NCBI GenBank assembly: GCA_963736255.1
Contig: CAVTOI010000002.1
Span: 1,038,486 to 1,102,485, forward strand
DNA length: 64,000 bases
DNA from: Candidatus Aminicenantes bacterium
Lineage (GTDB): Bacteria > Acidobacteriota > Aminicenantia > Aminicenantales > Saccharicenantaceae
Reading direction: 5' to 3'
Shown here: piece after piece, positions 31,052 to 39,963 of the stretch
How the letters are laid out: each line of letters starts with the position of its first letter
How positions within the stretch are numbered: the first letter of the stretch is position 1
Translations under genes and position numbers: made by a program
The notes under the pieces: generated by a model
What the model saw: the letters and a program-made list of their open reading frames with translations, nothing else
What the model was told of the DNA's origin: nothing
Databases searched by the model: none

Positions 31052-31420
31052 ATGGCCACGACCAAGAAGAAGAAATCGGCGGAAGGGGCGGCCTGCCCCG
31101 AGGGACTGAACCTGCCCCGGCAGACCCGGGAGGAGTACGTCGCCGACACGCTCCAGCAGATCGGCGCTTTCGAGGAGAGGCTGGACGAGCTCGAAACGGA
31201 CATGGAATCGTCCGGCTGGGACGACATTGGGGATTACCGCGGCCAGCTCGACGATCTCCGGGTGAAGCTGAAAGCCGCCCGCTCGAGATCCGAGGAGCTC
31301 GAGACCGTGTCGGATCCCGCCTGGCCCGACGCGCAAGAGGAGATGGAAGAGTCCATGGTCGAGATCGCGGGGAGCATCGACGAACTCGTGGCCGGGCTCA
31401 GCCCAGTCCTTCCGGAGTAG
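31052..31420 (+). CDS. Small acidic coiled-coil protein
   Basis: Starts immediately after the M50 stop, GAGGAGG RBS; helical, very acidic; REEYV...W pattern. Confidence 0.7.
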   Translation: MATTKKKKSAEGAACPEGLNLPRQTREEYVADTLQQIGAFEERLDELETDMESSGWDDIGDYRGQLDDLRVKLKAARSRSEELETVSDPAWPDAQEEMEESMVEIAGSIDELVAGLSPVLPE

Positions 31421-31456
31421 CGGCGCAGACCTCCGGACCGGCCTGAGGGCTCCGCC

Positions 31457-32947
31457 ATGTTGATCATCCTGACCGGCCTGCCGGGGACGGGCAAGAGCAC
31501 GGTCGCCGCCGCGCTCGCCCGCGAGCTCGGCGCCGTTGTCCTGAGCACGGACAGGATCAGAGAGGAAAGCCGTAAGAGGCGGGGCTTCTCGCGCGCCGAA
31601 AAGGGAAGAGTCTACGAGCGGCTGTTCGTCAGGGCGAAGCGCGGTCTCGGGGCCGGCCGGAGCGTCATCCTCGACGGGACATTCTACGCCGAGAGCCTGA
31701 GGCGGGCCGCCGCCGCGGCGGGGCGAGGGACCGGGGCGTCCATATTCACGGTCGAGGTCGTCTCGCCCGTTCCCACCGTCAAGCGCCGGATGGAGCGCCG
31801 GCTCCGCACCGCCAAGGGCATCCGGCCGGCGGGCTTCGAGGTCTACGGCTTCATCCGGAGGTCGTTCGAACCGGTCCGGGGCCGGCATTTCACGGTGGAT
31901 ACCGCCGATCCGCGGGCCTGGAAAAACGGCATCGGTGCGCTGGCCAACGCCATGCGGGTCGTCGAGCGGCAGCGGAAGGTCATCGTCCCGCTCGGCCGGA
32001 CTCGGAAGATGCGGCTCATCCAGACGCACATCAGCTGGGTCCTCCTCGACGGCGTCCACGCCTTCAAGATCAAGAAGCCCGTCCGCTTCAGCTTCGTCGA
32101 TTATCGATCGCCCGTGCGCCGCCGCCGTTTCTGCCGGAAAGAGGTCGAGGTCAACTCCCGGCTCAGCCCGGGGCTCTATGCCGGGGTGGTTGCCGTGCGT
32201 GACGACGCCGGCGCCGTGAGCTTCGGCGGTCCGGGGCGGACGGTCGACTACGCCGTCGAGATGCGCGAGATGCCGCAGGCCTCGCGCCTGGACCGGCTGG
32301 TCGCGAGAGGCGCCGCCGGGACGGACGACATCATGCGGATCGTCCGGACGCTCTGCGGTTTCCACGCCCGGGCCAAGGTGGCGGCTCGCCGGTTCGGAAC
32401 GCCGACGGTCATCGGCGAGGGTTTCGCCCATGCGTTCAGGCTGAGGCCGCTCATCGAGAAGGAATTCGCGGCCGGCCTGGCCCTCGACCGGATCAGAGCG
32501 AAGGTCGAAGGATTCCTCGGGACCCATGCCGGTCTCTTCTGCGAGCGGGTCCGGCAGGGAAGGATCCGCTATTGCCACGGCGACCTGAGGATGAGCAATA
32601 TCTTCATCGACGGCGGGGAGGTCCACATCTTCGACGCCATCGAGTTCAATCCCGCCCTGGCCGCCACGGACGTCGCCGCGGACGTCGCCTACCTGGCCAT
32701 GGACCTGCGATCCTGCGGCAAGCGGGGCCTGGCCGAGCGCTTCATCGACGCCTATGTCGAATGCTCCGGCGACCTGGGGCTCCGGAAGCTCGCAGATTTC
32801 TATCAATGCTACAGGGCCTTGGTCAGGCTCCTCGTCGAGGCGCTCTTCCTTGTCGACCCCACGATCGGGCCGACGCGAAAGCAGAAAGCCAGGCGGGCTT
32901 TCCGGAGATACCTCGCCCTCGCCGAGGCGTTCTCCCGGCAACTCTAA
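31457..32947 (+). CDS. Fused AAA_33 P-loop kinase (N-terminal) and aminoglycoside-phosphotransferase-like kinase (C-terminal)
   Basis: GLPGTGKST, STDRIR and ILDGTF; then QTHISWV, KIKKPVRF, CHGDLRMSNI, FDAIEFN and DVAYLAMDL. Confidence 0.88.
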   Translation: MLIILTGLPGTGKSTVAAALARELGAVVLSTDRIREESRKRRGFSRAEKGRVYERLFVRAKRGLGAGRSVILDGTFYAESLRRAAAAAGRGTGASIFTVEVVSPVPTVKRRMERRLRTAKGIRPAGFEVYGFIRRSFEPVRGRHFTVDTADPRAWKNGIGALANAMRVVERQRKVIVPLGRTRKMRLIQTHISWVLLDGVHAFKIKKPVRFSFVDYRSPVRRRRFCRKEVEVNSRLSPGLYAGVVAVRDDAGAVSFGGPGRTVDYAVEMREMPQASRLDRLVARGAAGTDDIMRIVRTLCGFHARAKVAARRFGTPTVIGEGFAHAFRLRPLIEKEFAAGLALDRIRAKVEGFLGTHAGLFCERVRQGRIRYCHGDLRMSNIFIDGGEVHIFDAIEFNPALAATDVAADVAYLAMDLRSCGKRGLAERFIDAYVECSGDLGLRKLADFYQCYRALVRLLVEALFLVDPTIGPTRKQKARRAFRRYLALAEAFSRQL

Positions 32948-32971
32948 ACGGATCGCGGGAAGGGCCGAAGC

Positions 32972-35107
32972 CTAGAGCTTCTCGACGGCCGCTGCCGCGG
33001 AAAAGCCTGTGGGGCGGACGACCTCGACAACGACCTTCCCCGAGTCAGGGCCCATCGGTCCGAGGGGCGTCTCCAAAACCGTCCCCGGCGCGAGGTCGGG
33101 GAGAGACACGTCTTTGCGCTCGAGCGGGATGCCGCCTTTCCCGTAAGCGGTCCATCGAAGCCGGTAGCCTCTGAGCGTGTAGGCGGGCAGATCGTGCCGC
33201 GTCCGGATGACGGCGATGAGGGCCCGGCCGTCCGTCCTGATCCCGAGGGATCCGATCGGGCTCGACTCCGACCGAAGCACGTCGAAAGAAGGCTTGCGGA
33301 CGCCGAGGACGTCGACCACGCCGTGGACCCTTTGCCTGAGGACACCGATGCCTTTGTCTCCGATGTGAGTCCTGTAGTCGTTGTAGTCGAAGAAGATGGT
33401 CCCTCCGACCCATGGATAGTCCCGGAAGACCGCGTTGTGGGACCTAAGGATTTCCGCCCGGCGGACGTCGTCCTCGGGCCGGTCGGCGGTGCAGGCGCAG
33501 TAGCCGTATTCGGAGATGACGATGGGCTTGTCGGGAAAGGCCCGGTTGACGGCCTCGAGGTTCCGCCGCATCGTCGCGGGGTCGCCGCCGAACCAGGTCT
33601 CGTAGTATTCGTTCCACTCGACGAAATCCATCTCTCCGGCGACATCGCGCTCGGGCGATGTCTGAAGTGAATTCGAAGCATAAGAGCAGAGCCGGCCCGG
33701 GTCGAGGAGCTTGGCCTCACGGAGCATCCGCCGGACGAAATCCTGCGCCACCGGGTTTTGGCCGTCGACCTCGTTGCAGAGGCCCCAGGAGAAAACGCAA
33801 GGGTGGTTGCGTTCGCGGGCGATCATCTCACGGAGCTGTTCGAGCCCGTTCGTGGTGAGCGCATCGAGCTGGCCCCCTTCGAGCTTGAGGAAGGTCCCGG
33901 GGCCCCATGTGGGCACCTCGACCTGGATGAGGATCCCCTTTCGATCGCAGTAGTCCATGACACGTCTGTCCTGCTGCCAATGGACACGGGTGAAGACGCA
34001 GTTGAGCTCCTTGAGGTCGTCGTGGTCGTGCTCGATCCAGGAGCCCGGCTCGGCCATGCCGAAATCGGGATGGCTGCCGGCCATGCGCTCGACGCCGGCC
34101 AGGCGGACGGGCTCGCCGTTGAGCAGGATCTCTGTGCCCCGGACCTCTATCTTACGGATGCCGAAGGTCGTGGACAGGCGATGCAGGACCCTGCCCTTTT
34201 CGGATATCGAGGTTTCCAGGATGTACAGGTCGGGGTGATCGAAGTGCCAAAGCCGGGCATCGTGCAGCATGATCTCCGGCAGGGCGACCTCGCGCGTCGT
34301 CTCCGCCGGGATCTCCGCTGCCAGGGCGGATGCATCTTCCCGGGCGACACGGCCGCTCCTTTCATCGATGACGCTGCATCCGAGGTCGAGCTTGGCCGGC
34401 CTGCTCGTGGAATTTCGGATGAGGACCTTGACGGCCAGGGAGGCCGCGGTCCCGGCCAGGTCAGGCACGGCATCGACCCAGATGCATTCGAGGTAGACGG
34501 GGGACGTCACGATCAGGCGCGCCGGCCGTGTTATCCCGCCGTCCGGAGTCCAATCGTAGGAGTTGTCCCTCGGCAGCATGGTGGTGGTGAAGGAGTTATC
34601 GACCCGGACAACGACCGTGTTGTGCCGGCCGTATTCGAGGCCGGCTGTGATGTCGATGGCAAATGCCGTGTAGCCTTTGCCGATATGTCCGCCGACTCCC
34701 TTGCCGTTGACGAAAACCTCGGCCGTATGAAAGACGGCTTCGAATTCGATACGGACGACCTTGCCCTTCCAGGTTTGCGGCGCTTCGAACGTGCGCCTGT
34801 ACCAGGATGCGCCCATGTAGCCGGCGGTCTTTTCAGAGACCTGCCAGGTGGACGGGACGACGGTCTCCTCCCAGCCTGCCGTCGAAGCACCGGCCGCGAA
34901 CCAGGCTTCGACTTCGCCGCGGTTGTCGGGGTCGGTCCGGAAGAGCCACGGTCCGTCAAGGGATACCTCGAGATGCGAGCCTACTGAGAGTGTTACGTCA
35001 TGAGGACGGCCGGCCGGACCTCCGTCGCAGGCCGTCCCGGCGGCCGCTGCCCCCGCGGCCGCTTGGACCGCTCCCGTCAGGAATTTCCTTCGCGTCCAAC
35101 GCTCCAT
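32972..35107 (-). CDS. Tat-exported GH2 glycoside hydrolase (beta-glucuronidase/galactosidase-like)
   Basis: TRRKFL; FEAV..VNG, GGITRP, FGIR, RERNHPCVFSWGLCNE (acid/base) and ISEYG (nucleophile). Confidence 0.9.
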   Translation of the reverse strand: MERWTRRKFLTGAVQAAAGAAAAGTACDGGPAGRPHDVTLSVGSHLEVSLDGPWLFRTDPDNRGEVEAWFAAGASTAGWEETVVPSTWQVSEKTAGYMGASWYRRTFEAPQTWKGKVVRIEFEAVFHTAEVFVNGKGVGGHIGKGYTAFAIDITAGLEYGRHNTVVVRVDNSFTTTMLPRDNSYDWTPDGGITRPARLIVTSPVYLECIWVDAVPDLAGTAASLAVKVLIRNSTSRPAKLDLGCSVIDERSGRVAREDASALAAEIPAETTREVALPEIMLHDARLWHFDHPDLYILETSISEKGRVLHRLSTTFGIRKIEVRGTEILLNGEPVRLAGVERMAGSHPDFGMAEPGSWIEHDHDDLKELNCVFTRVHWQQDRRVMDYCDRKGILIQVEVPTWGPGTFLKLEGGQLDALTTNGLEQLREMIARERNHPCVFSWGLCNEVDGQNPVAQDFVRRMLREAKLLDPGRLCSYASNSLQTSPERDVAGEMDFVEWNEYYETWFGGDPATMRRNLEAVNRAFPDKPIVISEYGYCACTADRPEDDVRRAEILRSHNAVFRDYPWVGGTIFFDYNDYRTHIGDKGIGVLRQRVHGVVDVLGVRKPSFDVLRSESSPIGSLGIRTDGRALIAVIRTRHDLPAYTLRGYRLRWTAYGKGGIPLERKDVSLPDLAPGTVLETPLGPMGPDSGKVVVEVVRPTGFSAAAAVEKL

Positions 35108-35177
35108 CGGCTCCTCCTTTTTGGCAGGAGTATGGAACGCCGGGATGAAAAATGCAAACGGACGCGGGGCCGGGGGA

Positions 35178-35465
35178 TCAGGGCTTTTCGAGCAGGCCCA
35201 TCTTTTTTAGGGCCATGTCCGCGCGGCTCATCTCCGGCCCGTCGCCGGGGAGATAGAGCATGACCCCGCCCTTGACCGGTCGGAGCATGATCTTGCCCAG
35301 CCGGGAAAGCTCCCCGGTCGCCTCGATGGGATTGGCGCCGTCAAAATAGCTCTTGAAGGCGTCGTTGAAGCCGCTGTAGACCGAGTGGATGCCCTTGTAG
35401 TTCTCGAGCCGCAAGCGGCCGATGGCCAGCTTGACGAATTCCTCCGGGCTGAGCTTGTTCTTCAT
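35178..35465 (-). CDS. Small hypothetical protein (95 aa)
   Basis: AAAGGAGG RBS; protein-like composition, KGIHSVYSGFNDAFKSYF; function unknown. Confidence 0.75.
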   Translation of the reverse strand: MKNKLSPEEFVKLAIGRLRLENYKGIHSVYSGFNDAFKSYFDGANPIEATGELSRLGKIMLRPVKGGVMLYLPGDGPEMSRADMALKKMGLLEKP

Positions 35466-35522
35466 GAGGTCCTCCTTTCATGTCCTGTCATGAAAGAGGA
35501 CGAGCGGGGCCCGCGGTTTCTC

Positions 35523-38156
35523 TCAGTCCCGCCGGCCGGCCCAGTCCGGGACGAGCTTGACCGTCTCGACGGCGTGGTGACCGACCGGGAGGACAAGCCG
35601 GCCCTGGCGCGGCTTCATGGCGGCCCCTTCCTCCTCGATGATGTTCGTCAGGGAGGCCCGGGTCACCGGGACGACGAGCTCCAGCCCCGTTTCCGTGTTC
35701 TTCCCTTCAATGTCGTAAATGCGGAGGAGGGCCGTGTCGTCAGTCTCCGCCTTCTTCATCGTCGAGAGGACGAGGTTTGCCGCGGAGAAGGGCAGGAAGC
35801 TTCGGGTCTCGGGCAGACCGACCCCCGGATGGGCCTTGACGGTCCGAACGGCGATGAGAGGGTTATTGGCAGCGATGCCGGCGCGATAGCCGTTCCGCCA
35901 GCCCGCGGCGTGACTGGTGATCGAGAACCTGAACTGATGGTCGCCTTCCTGGAGGTACCAGTTGCCTTCGCCGTGGCAGCTCCGCCGCGAGGCGAGGAGG
36001 ATGGGCTGGAGGACAGGGTAGGGGACGGGATTGTCGGTCGGATCCTTATAGTCATTGACCGCGACCGATGTCGATAGCGTTAGGCCAAACGCATCGTTGC
36101 CAGCGTAAAGGAAGTTCTGGACCTCCCGCGGCCGGATCTCCGAGCAGAGCTCGTCGTAGACGAGGTTGCCGTAAGCCGGGCCGCCCGTGCCGGCGATCTC
36201 GCCCTTGCCGACCTCGAGGACCCCGAACGGGATCTCGTAAGCCACCTCGCCGTTATCCGCAGCGACGGGGACGGCCAGCCGGTATTCGCGGTAGGGGTTG
36301 CCGTCGAAGCCGAGGAGAGAAACCTCGCAGTCGATCCGCTTGACCGCACTGTAGAGGATGAGCTTCTCCCGGACCGTGCAGTCGGCGAGGATCTGCTCGA
36401 GCGCATAGACCGTCTTGACCGGACCGGATTCTTCCTGGACCAGGCGCCAAACGGGCGCGTGGCGGCTGAGCTTGTCGAAGCCCTCCATCGTCGGCTGTTG
36501 GACGCGTCCGAACTCGCCCGCGCCGTTGCCGACCGAGCGCATGGTGAAAACTTCGAAGCCGAGGAACTTCGTCGTATCGAGGATTTCCCGTCCAAGCGCC
36601 TTATCGAAGATGCCGGCCACCCCGCCGGGGACGAGCTTGATGCGGTAGAATTCGTTCTCGACGGCGGACGGTGCCGCTGTCGCGGGCGGCGGCGCAAGGG
36701 TGGGCCGCGCGTCCTCGACGAGATAGAAAGTCCTGTAACCGAGGGCCGGGACGTCATCGGCAAAGAACTCGACAGAACGCGCCTCGGGATTCCCGGCCAT
36801 GGCCTGACGATATTGGAAAGGCCGTTCCTGGCCATCCGGGCCGACGATACGGAAACGCCCCGGACCGGCCGGGACGGATACGGCCACAGGGGCCGTCACC
36901 GCCCAGGATAGAGCGTTGAACACGACGACGGGCGTTCCCTTGTCGGGTCTTGTGGAGATGCGGCCGGCGATCACGGTTAAGGCGTCGTCGAGCACAGCCC
37001 GTCCCTCATCGCGGGCGAACTCGTATTTCTTGCGGAAAAGGCGGTCGGTGACTTGGCCCTCTTTGCCGCCCCAGCCGTGATCGGGATAGACGGCGGCTTC
37101 CCAGGCGGCGTCGAGGCGTTTTGACGGATAGCTTGAGAAATTCCCCTCAAGAAGGCTCCGGACCGTGCTGAAGGCCTCGGCCGCCGGCAGGAGACGGGCG
37201 GCTTCGCGGGCCGCCGTGATAGCCCAGTGGTGGGTCGGGCCGTGGATGTAGAGCCATAGCCCCGGCCTTTCACCGGTGATGGTCTCGAGCTTGGCCGTCT
37301 TGACGTCGATCGACTCGAAAAAACGCCGGGCCGTCGAGTACTTCATGACCGGCCTCGAGTCGCTGGTCCCCGCCGAGGCCGCGTTCCAGTAGCTGATGAG
37401 AGGGCCGAAGTCGGTCGGCTGGGAGAAATCAACGGAATTAAGTAGGGGATATTCGGCGGGCAGACCGCGGGGGGCGTAATAGCCCGACCATTTGGCCACT
37501 TTGTCCGCGATCGTCTTGGCCCCCTCCTCCGGCTTGGCATTGAGATAGGCCGCGGCGTTGCCGTAGTGGCCGGGAGAGTAGGCGAGGACGGAGCTGCCGT
37601 CAGGGCTGGCCCAGCGGTAGAAGCCTTCATGATAGCGGCTCATGACGAGATAGGGGATGCCGGCCTTGGCCAAGATCTGCGGCATCTGCGCGGCGCGGCC
37701 GGGGACGTCGGGATTGAAGTAGACGCGGGCGTCGGCGCCGGGGATGGTCCGCTTGAGCCACAGCCGGCCGAGATAGGCCTCCCGGACGAGCTGCTCTCCC
37801 GAAAGGAGCGATTCATACGGCTGGTTGAACGTCGCCCCCCACTCCATCCGGCCCTCCCGGGTCAGGCGCGCGATCTCTTCGGCCCGCTCGGGGTGGCGCT
37901 CCAGGTATTCGGCGAGATTGAGCATGTTCTCCATGGTGAACGAATAGGCCGGGTCCTTGGCCATCATGGCCAGGGCCGGAGTGATGCAGTTCGTGTCACG
38001 ATAGACGATGCATTTTTCCGGGGAGTCCATCCAGGCGATGTCCTGGTGACTGGAGGAGATGATGTGGAGCCGGCCTTGAGGTGGCGCGGCCAGAAGGGCG
38101 AGCCCGAGGACGGAAACGGAGGCCGCGGCGGCAAAGAACAGGACAGGCTTGATCAT
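35523..38156 (-). CDS. GH38 alpha-mannosidase-like glycoside hydrolase, exported
   Basis: Signal peptide from MIKPVL; SSHQDIAW zinc motif, GEQLVR, PDVPG nucleophile region, HGWGG, VFNALSW, ENEFY. Confidence 0.85.
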   Translation of the reverse strand: MIKPVLFFAAAASVSVLGLALLAAPPQGRLHIISSSHQDIAWMDSPEKCIVYRDTNCITPALAMMAKDPAYSFTMENMLNLAEYLERHPERAEEIARLTREGRMEWGATFNQPYESLLSGEQLVREAYLGRLWLKRTIPGADARVYFNPDVPGRAAQMPQILAKAGIPYLVMSRYHEGFYRWASPDGSSVLAYSPGHYGNAAAYLNAKPEEGAKTIADKVAKWSGYYAPRGLPAEYPLLNSVDFSQPTDFGPLISYWNAASAGTSDSRPVMKYSTARRFFESIDVKTAKLETITGERPGLWLYIHGPTHHWAITAAREAARLLPAAEAFSTVRSLLEGNFSSYPSKRLDAAWEAAVYPDHGWGGKEGQVTDRLFRKKYEFARDEGRAVLDDALTVIAGRISTRPDKGTPVVVFNALSWAVTAPVAVSVPAGPGRFRIVGPDGQERPFQYRQAMAGNPEARSVEFFADDVPALGYRTFYLVEDARPTLAPPPATAAPSAVENEFYRIKLVPGGVAGIFDKALGREILDTTKFLGFEVFTMRSVGNGAGEFGRVQQPTMEGFDKLSRHAPVWRLVQEESGPVKTVYALEQILADCTVREKLILYSAVKRIDCEVSLLGFDGNPYREYRLAVPVAADNGEVAYEIPFGVLEVGKGEIAGTGGPAYGNLVYDELCSEIRPREVQNFLYAGNDAFGLTLSTSVAVNDYKDPTDNPVPYPVLQPILLASRRSCHGEGNWYLQEGDHQFRFSITSHAAGWRNGYRAGIAANNPLIAVRTVKAHPGVGLPETRSFLPFSAANLVLSTMKKAETDDTALLRIYDIEGKNTETGLELVVPVTRASLTNIIEEEGAAMKPRQGRLVLPVGHHAVETVKLVPDWAGRRD

Positions 38157-38167
38157 GGGTTTCTCCT

Positions 38168-39181
38168 TCATCTCCCCTCACCGAGGATGGAGAGGTCGGG
38201 CCGAAGAAGCCGGGCGATCGCCGGCTCGTTCATGTTATCGCGGACGGCCAGCACGACCGCTGTGGATTCTATCTTAGGGTAAGGCTCACCTCTCACGATG
38301 GCCACCGCAGTCTTCACGCTGCGATAGCCCATGGCCACCGGGTCCTGGAGCACGAGCCCTGCCAGCTCGCCCCCGGCCAGAGCCTCGTTCAGCTTCTCAG
38401 ACGCATCGAATCCGACATGGACGATCTTGCCGGCCAGCCCGTGGTCCTGGAGCGCCCGGAGGCAGCCAAAGGTGGTCGACTCGTTGGGGGTGAAGACGGC
38501 GTCGACCGGCCCGAACCGCGCCAGGAGGCTCTCCATGGTCTGGTAGGCCGTCTCCGTCGACGGACCCGCGTACTGGTTCTCGGAGACGACCTCGATCCCC
38601 GGATACTCCGCCCTCAGGGTGGCCAGGAAGCCCTCCTCGCGCTTAGTCGTCCCCTCGACGCCCACCATGAGCCGGACCATGATGAGCCGGCCGCGGCCGC
38701 CGGTGCGCCGTCCGATCTCCCTCGCGGCCAGCGTCCCGCCGAGAGAGTTGTCGGTCGCAATGAAGGCGGCGTGCTCTTCGCCCTGGAGGGCCGAGTTGAA
38801 GATGACCGTGGGGATGCCGTCCCGGCGGGCCTCGGCCACCGGCCGCATCAGGGCCCGGTCGTCGAGCGGGGAGAGGACCAGGGCGTCGACGCCGGAGCCG
38901 GCCAGCGTCTCGACGATCTGGATCTGCTCGTTGCGGTCGTCCTCCTTGAGCGGGCCCTTCCACAGGATCTCGACGCCGAGCTCCCGGGCGGCGGTGAGCG
39001 CCCCGGCATGGACGGACTTCCAGAATTCGTGGGTCGTGCCGATGGGGATGACCGCTATTCTCAGGAGCCGGCCGCCTGCGCCGTCGCCGCTCCGGGAAGG
39101 CCGGCAGGCCGCGGCGGCCAGGACGGTCAGACCGATTATCGGGACGGCGATGAAGAGGAGGGCACGGGATTGCGGGGCCAT
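38168..39181 (-). CDS. Sugar ABC-type periplasmic binding lipoprotein (RbsB-like)
   Basis: AAAC lipobox; HEFWKSVHAGA, ATDN..GG, REEGF, VGFD and LQDP motifs. Confidence 0.9.
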   Translation of the reverse strand: MAPQSRALLFIAVPIIGLTVLAAAACRPSRSGDGAGGRLLRIAVIPIGTTHEFWKSVHAGALTAARELGVEILWKGPLKEDDRNEQIQIVETLAGSGVDALVLSPLDDRALMRPVAEARRDGIPTVIFNSALQGEEHAAFIATDNSLGGTLAAREIGRRTGGRGRLIMVRLMVGVEGTTKREEGFLATLRAEYPGIEVVSENQYAGPSTETAYQTMESLLARFGPVDAVFTPNESTTFGCLRALQDHGLAGKIVHVGFDASEKLNEALAGGELAGLVLQDPVAMGYRSVKTAVAIVRGEPYPKIESTAVVLAVRDNMNEPAIARLLRPDLSILGEGR

Positions 39182-39187
39182 CGGGGG

Positions 39188-39742
39188 CTACTTGATCTCG
39201 GCGAGCTCCCTGTCGAGATCGAGCGGCCCCTTGGCCCGGAAGAACTCGCTGGCTTCCCATAGGGACAGGGCCCGGGTGTCCGAGCGGACATAGCGGCCGT
39301 TCGCGAACGCGTACCGCGAGACGACGGACATATCCCCGCCTTGCTTCCAATATGTCTCGAGCCGGGGATAGCCGCCGTCTGTCTCGCGACCGACGAAGAT
39401 CATGGCCCCGATGATGATGCCGCGCCCCGTTCCCCGGACCTGGTCGAAGACAAGCCACTGATAGCCCCCCGCCGCGGAGGGGACGCCGCAGAGGACGAAC
39501 TTCTCCTCCTTGCCGTCGCCGTTGAGGTCGATGGCCACGGACCTCATCGGTCCCCCGTCGTCCTTCTCGAATTGTTCGCGGAGGACGTCCGGGACGGCGC
39601 TGTCGGGAATGGCGGAGCGCACGGAAAAGAACGTTTTCATGGGGAATCCCGCTCCCGGGGCCGGGATCTGCCCTCTTGAGGGCAGACCGAGGACGAACGC
39701 AGCCAGGACAGCCGATCCGAGCCGGAGCCACGCGCCTTTCAT
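39188..39742 (-). CDS. Exported hypothetical protein with a DLNGDGKEE Ca-binding-like loop
   Basis: Start MKGAWL with signal peptide; promoter-like TTGACA-16-TATACT just upstream. Confidence 0.65.
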   Translation of the reverse strand: MKGAWLRLGSAVLAAFVLGLPSRGQIPAPGAGFPMKTFFSVRSAIPDSAVPDVLREQFEKDDGGPMRSVAIDLNGDGKEEKFVLCGVPSAAGGYQWLVFDQVRGTGRGIIIGAMIFVGRETDGGYPRLETYWKQGGDMSVVSRYAFANGRYVRSDTRALSLWEASEFFRAKGPLDLDRELAEIK

Positions 39743-39810
39743 GATCGACAGGAAGTATAACCCCGGTCGGGGAAATGTCAAACGGCCGCGGCGGCATGAC
39801 GGCCCGTCCG

Positions 39811-39838
39811 TTGACAATCCGCGGTCCTCCGCTACAAT
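39811..39838 (+). promoter_or_regulatory. sigma70-like promoter for the aldo/keto reductase
   Basis: TTGACA-N16-TACAAT. Confidence 0.55.
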
Positions 39839-39963
39839 GGACGTCGGTACGATCGGGATCCCGGCGGTGACCCGGCCCGCGAGCCGGCCGGGCCGGAGGG
39901 AGCATGAAGATAGGCGGGTCCCCGGTGGCGCCGCGAAGCCAATTCTGGAACGAGGAGAAGAGA

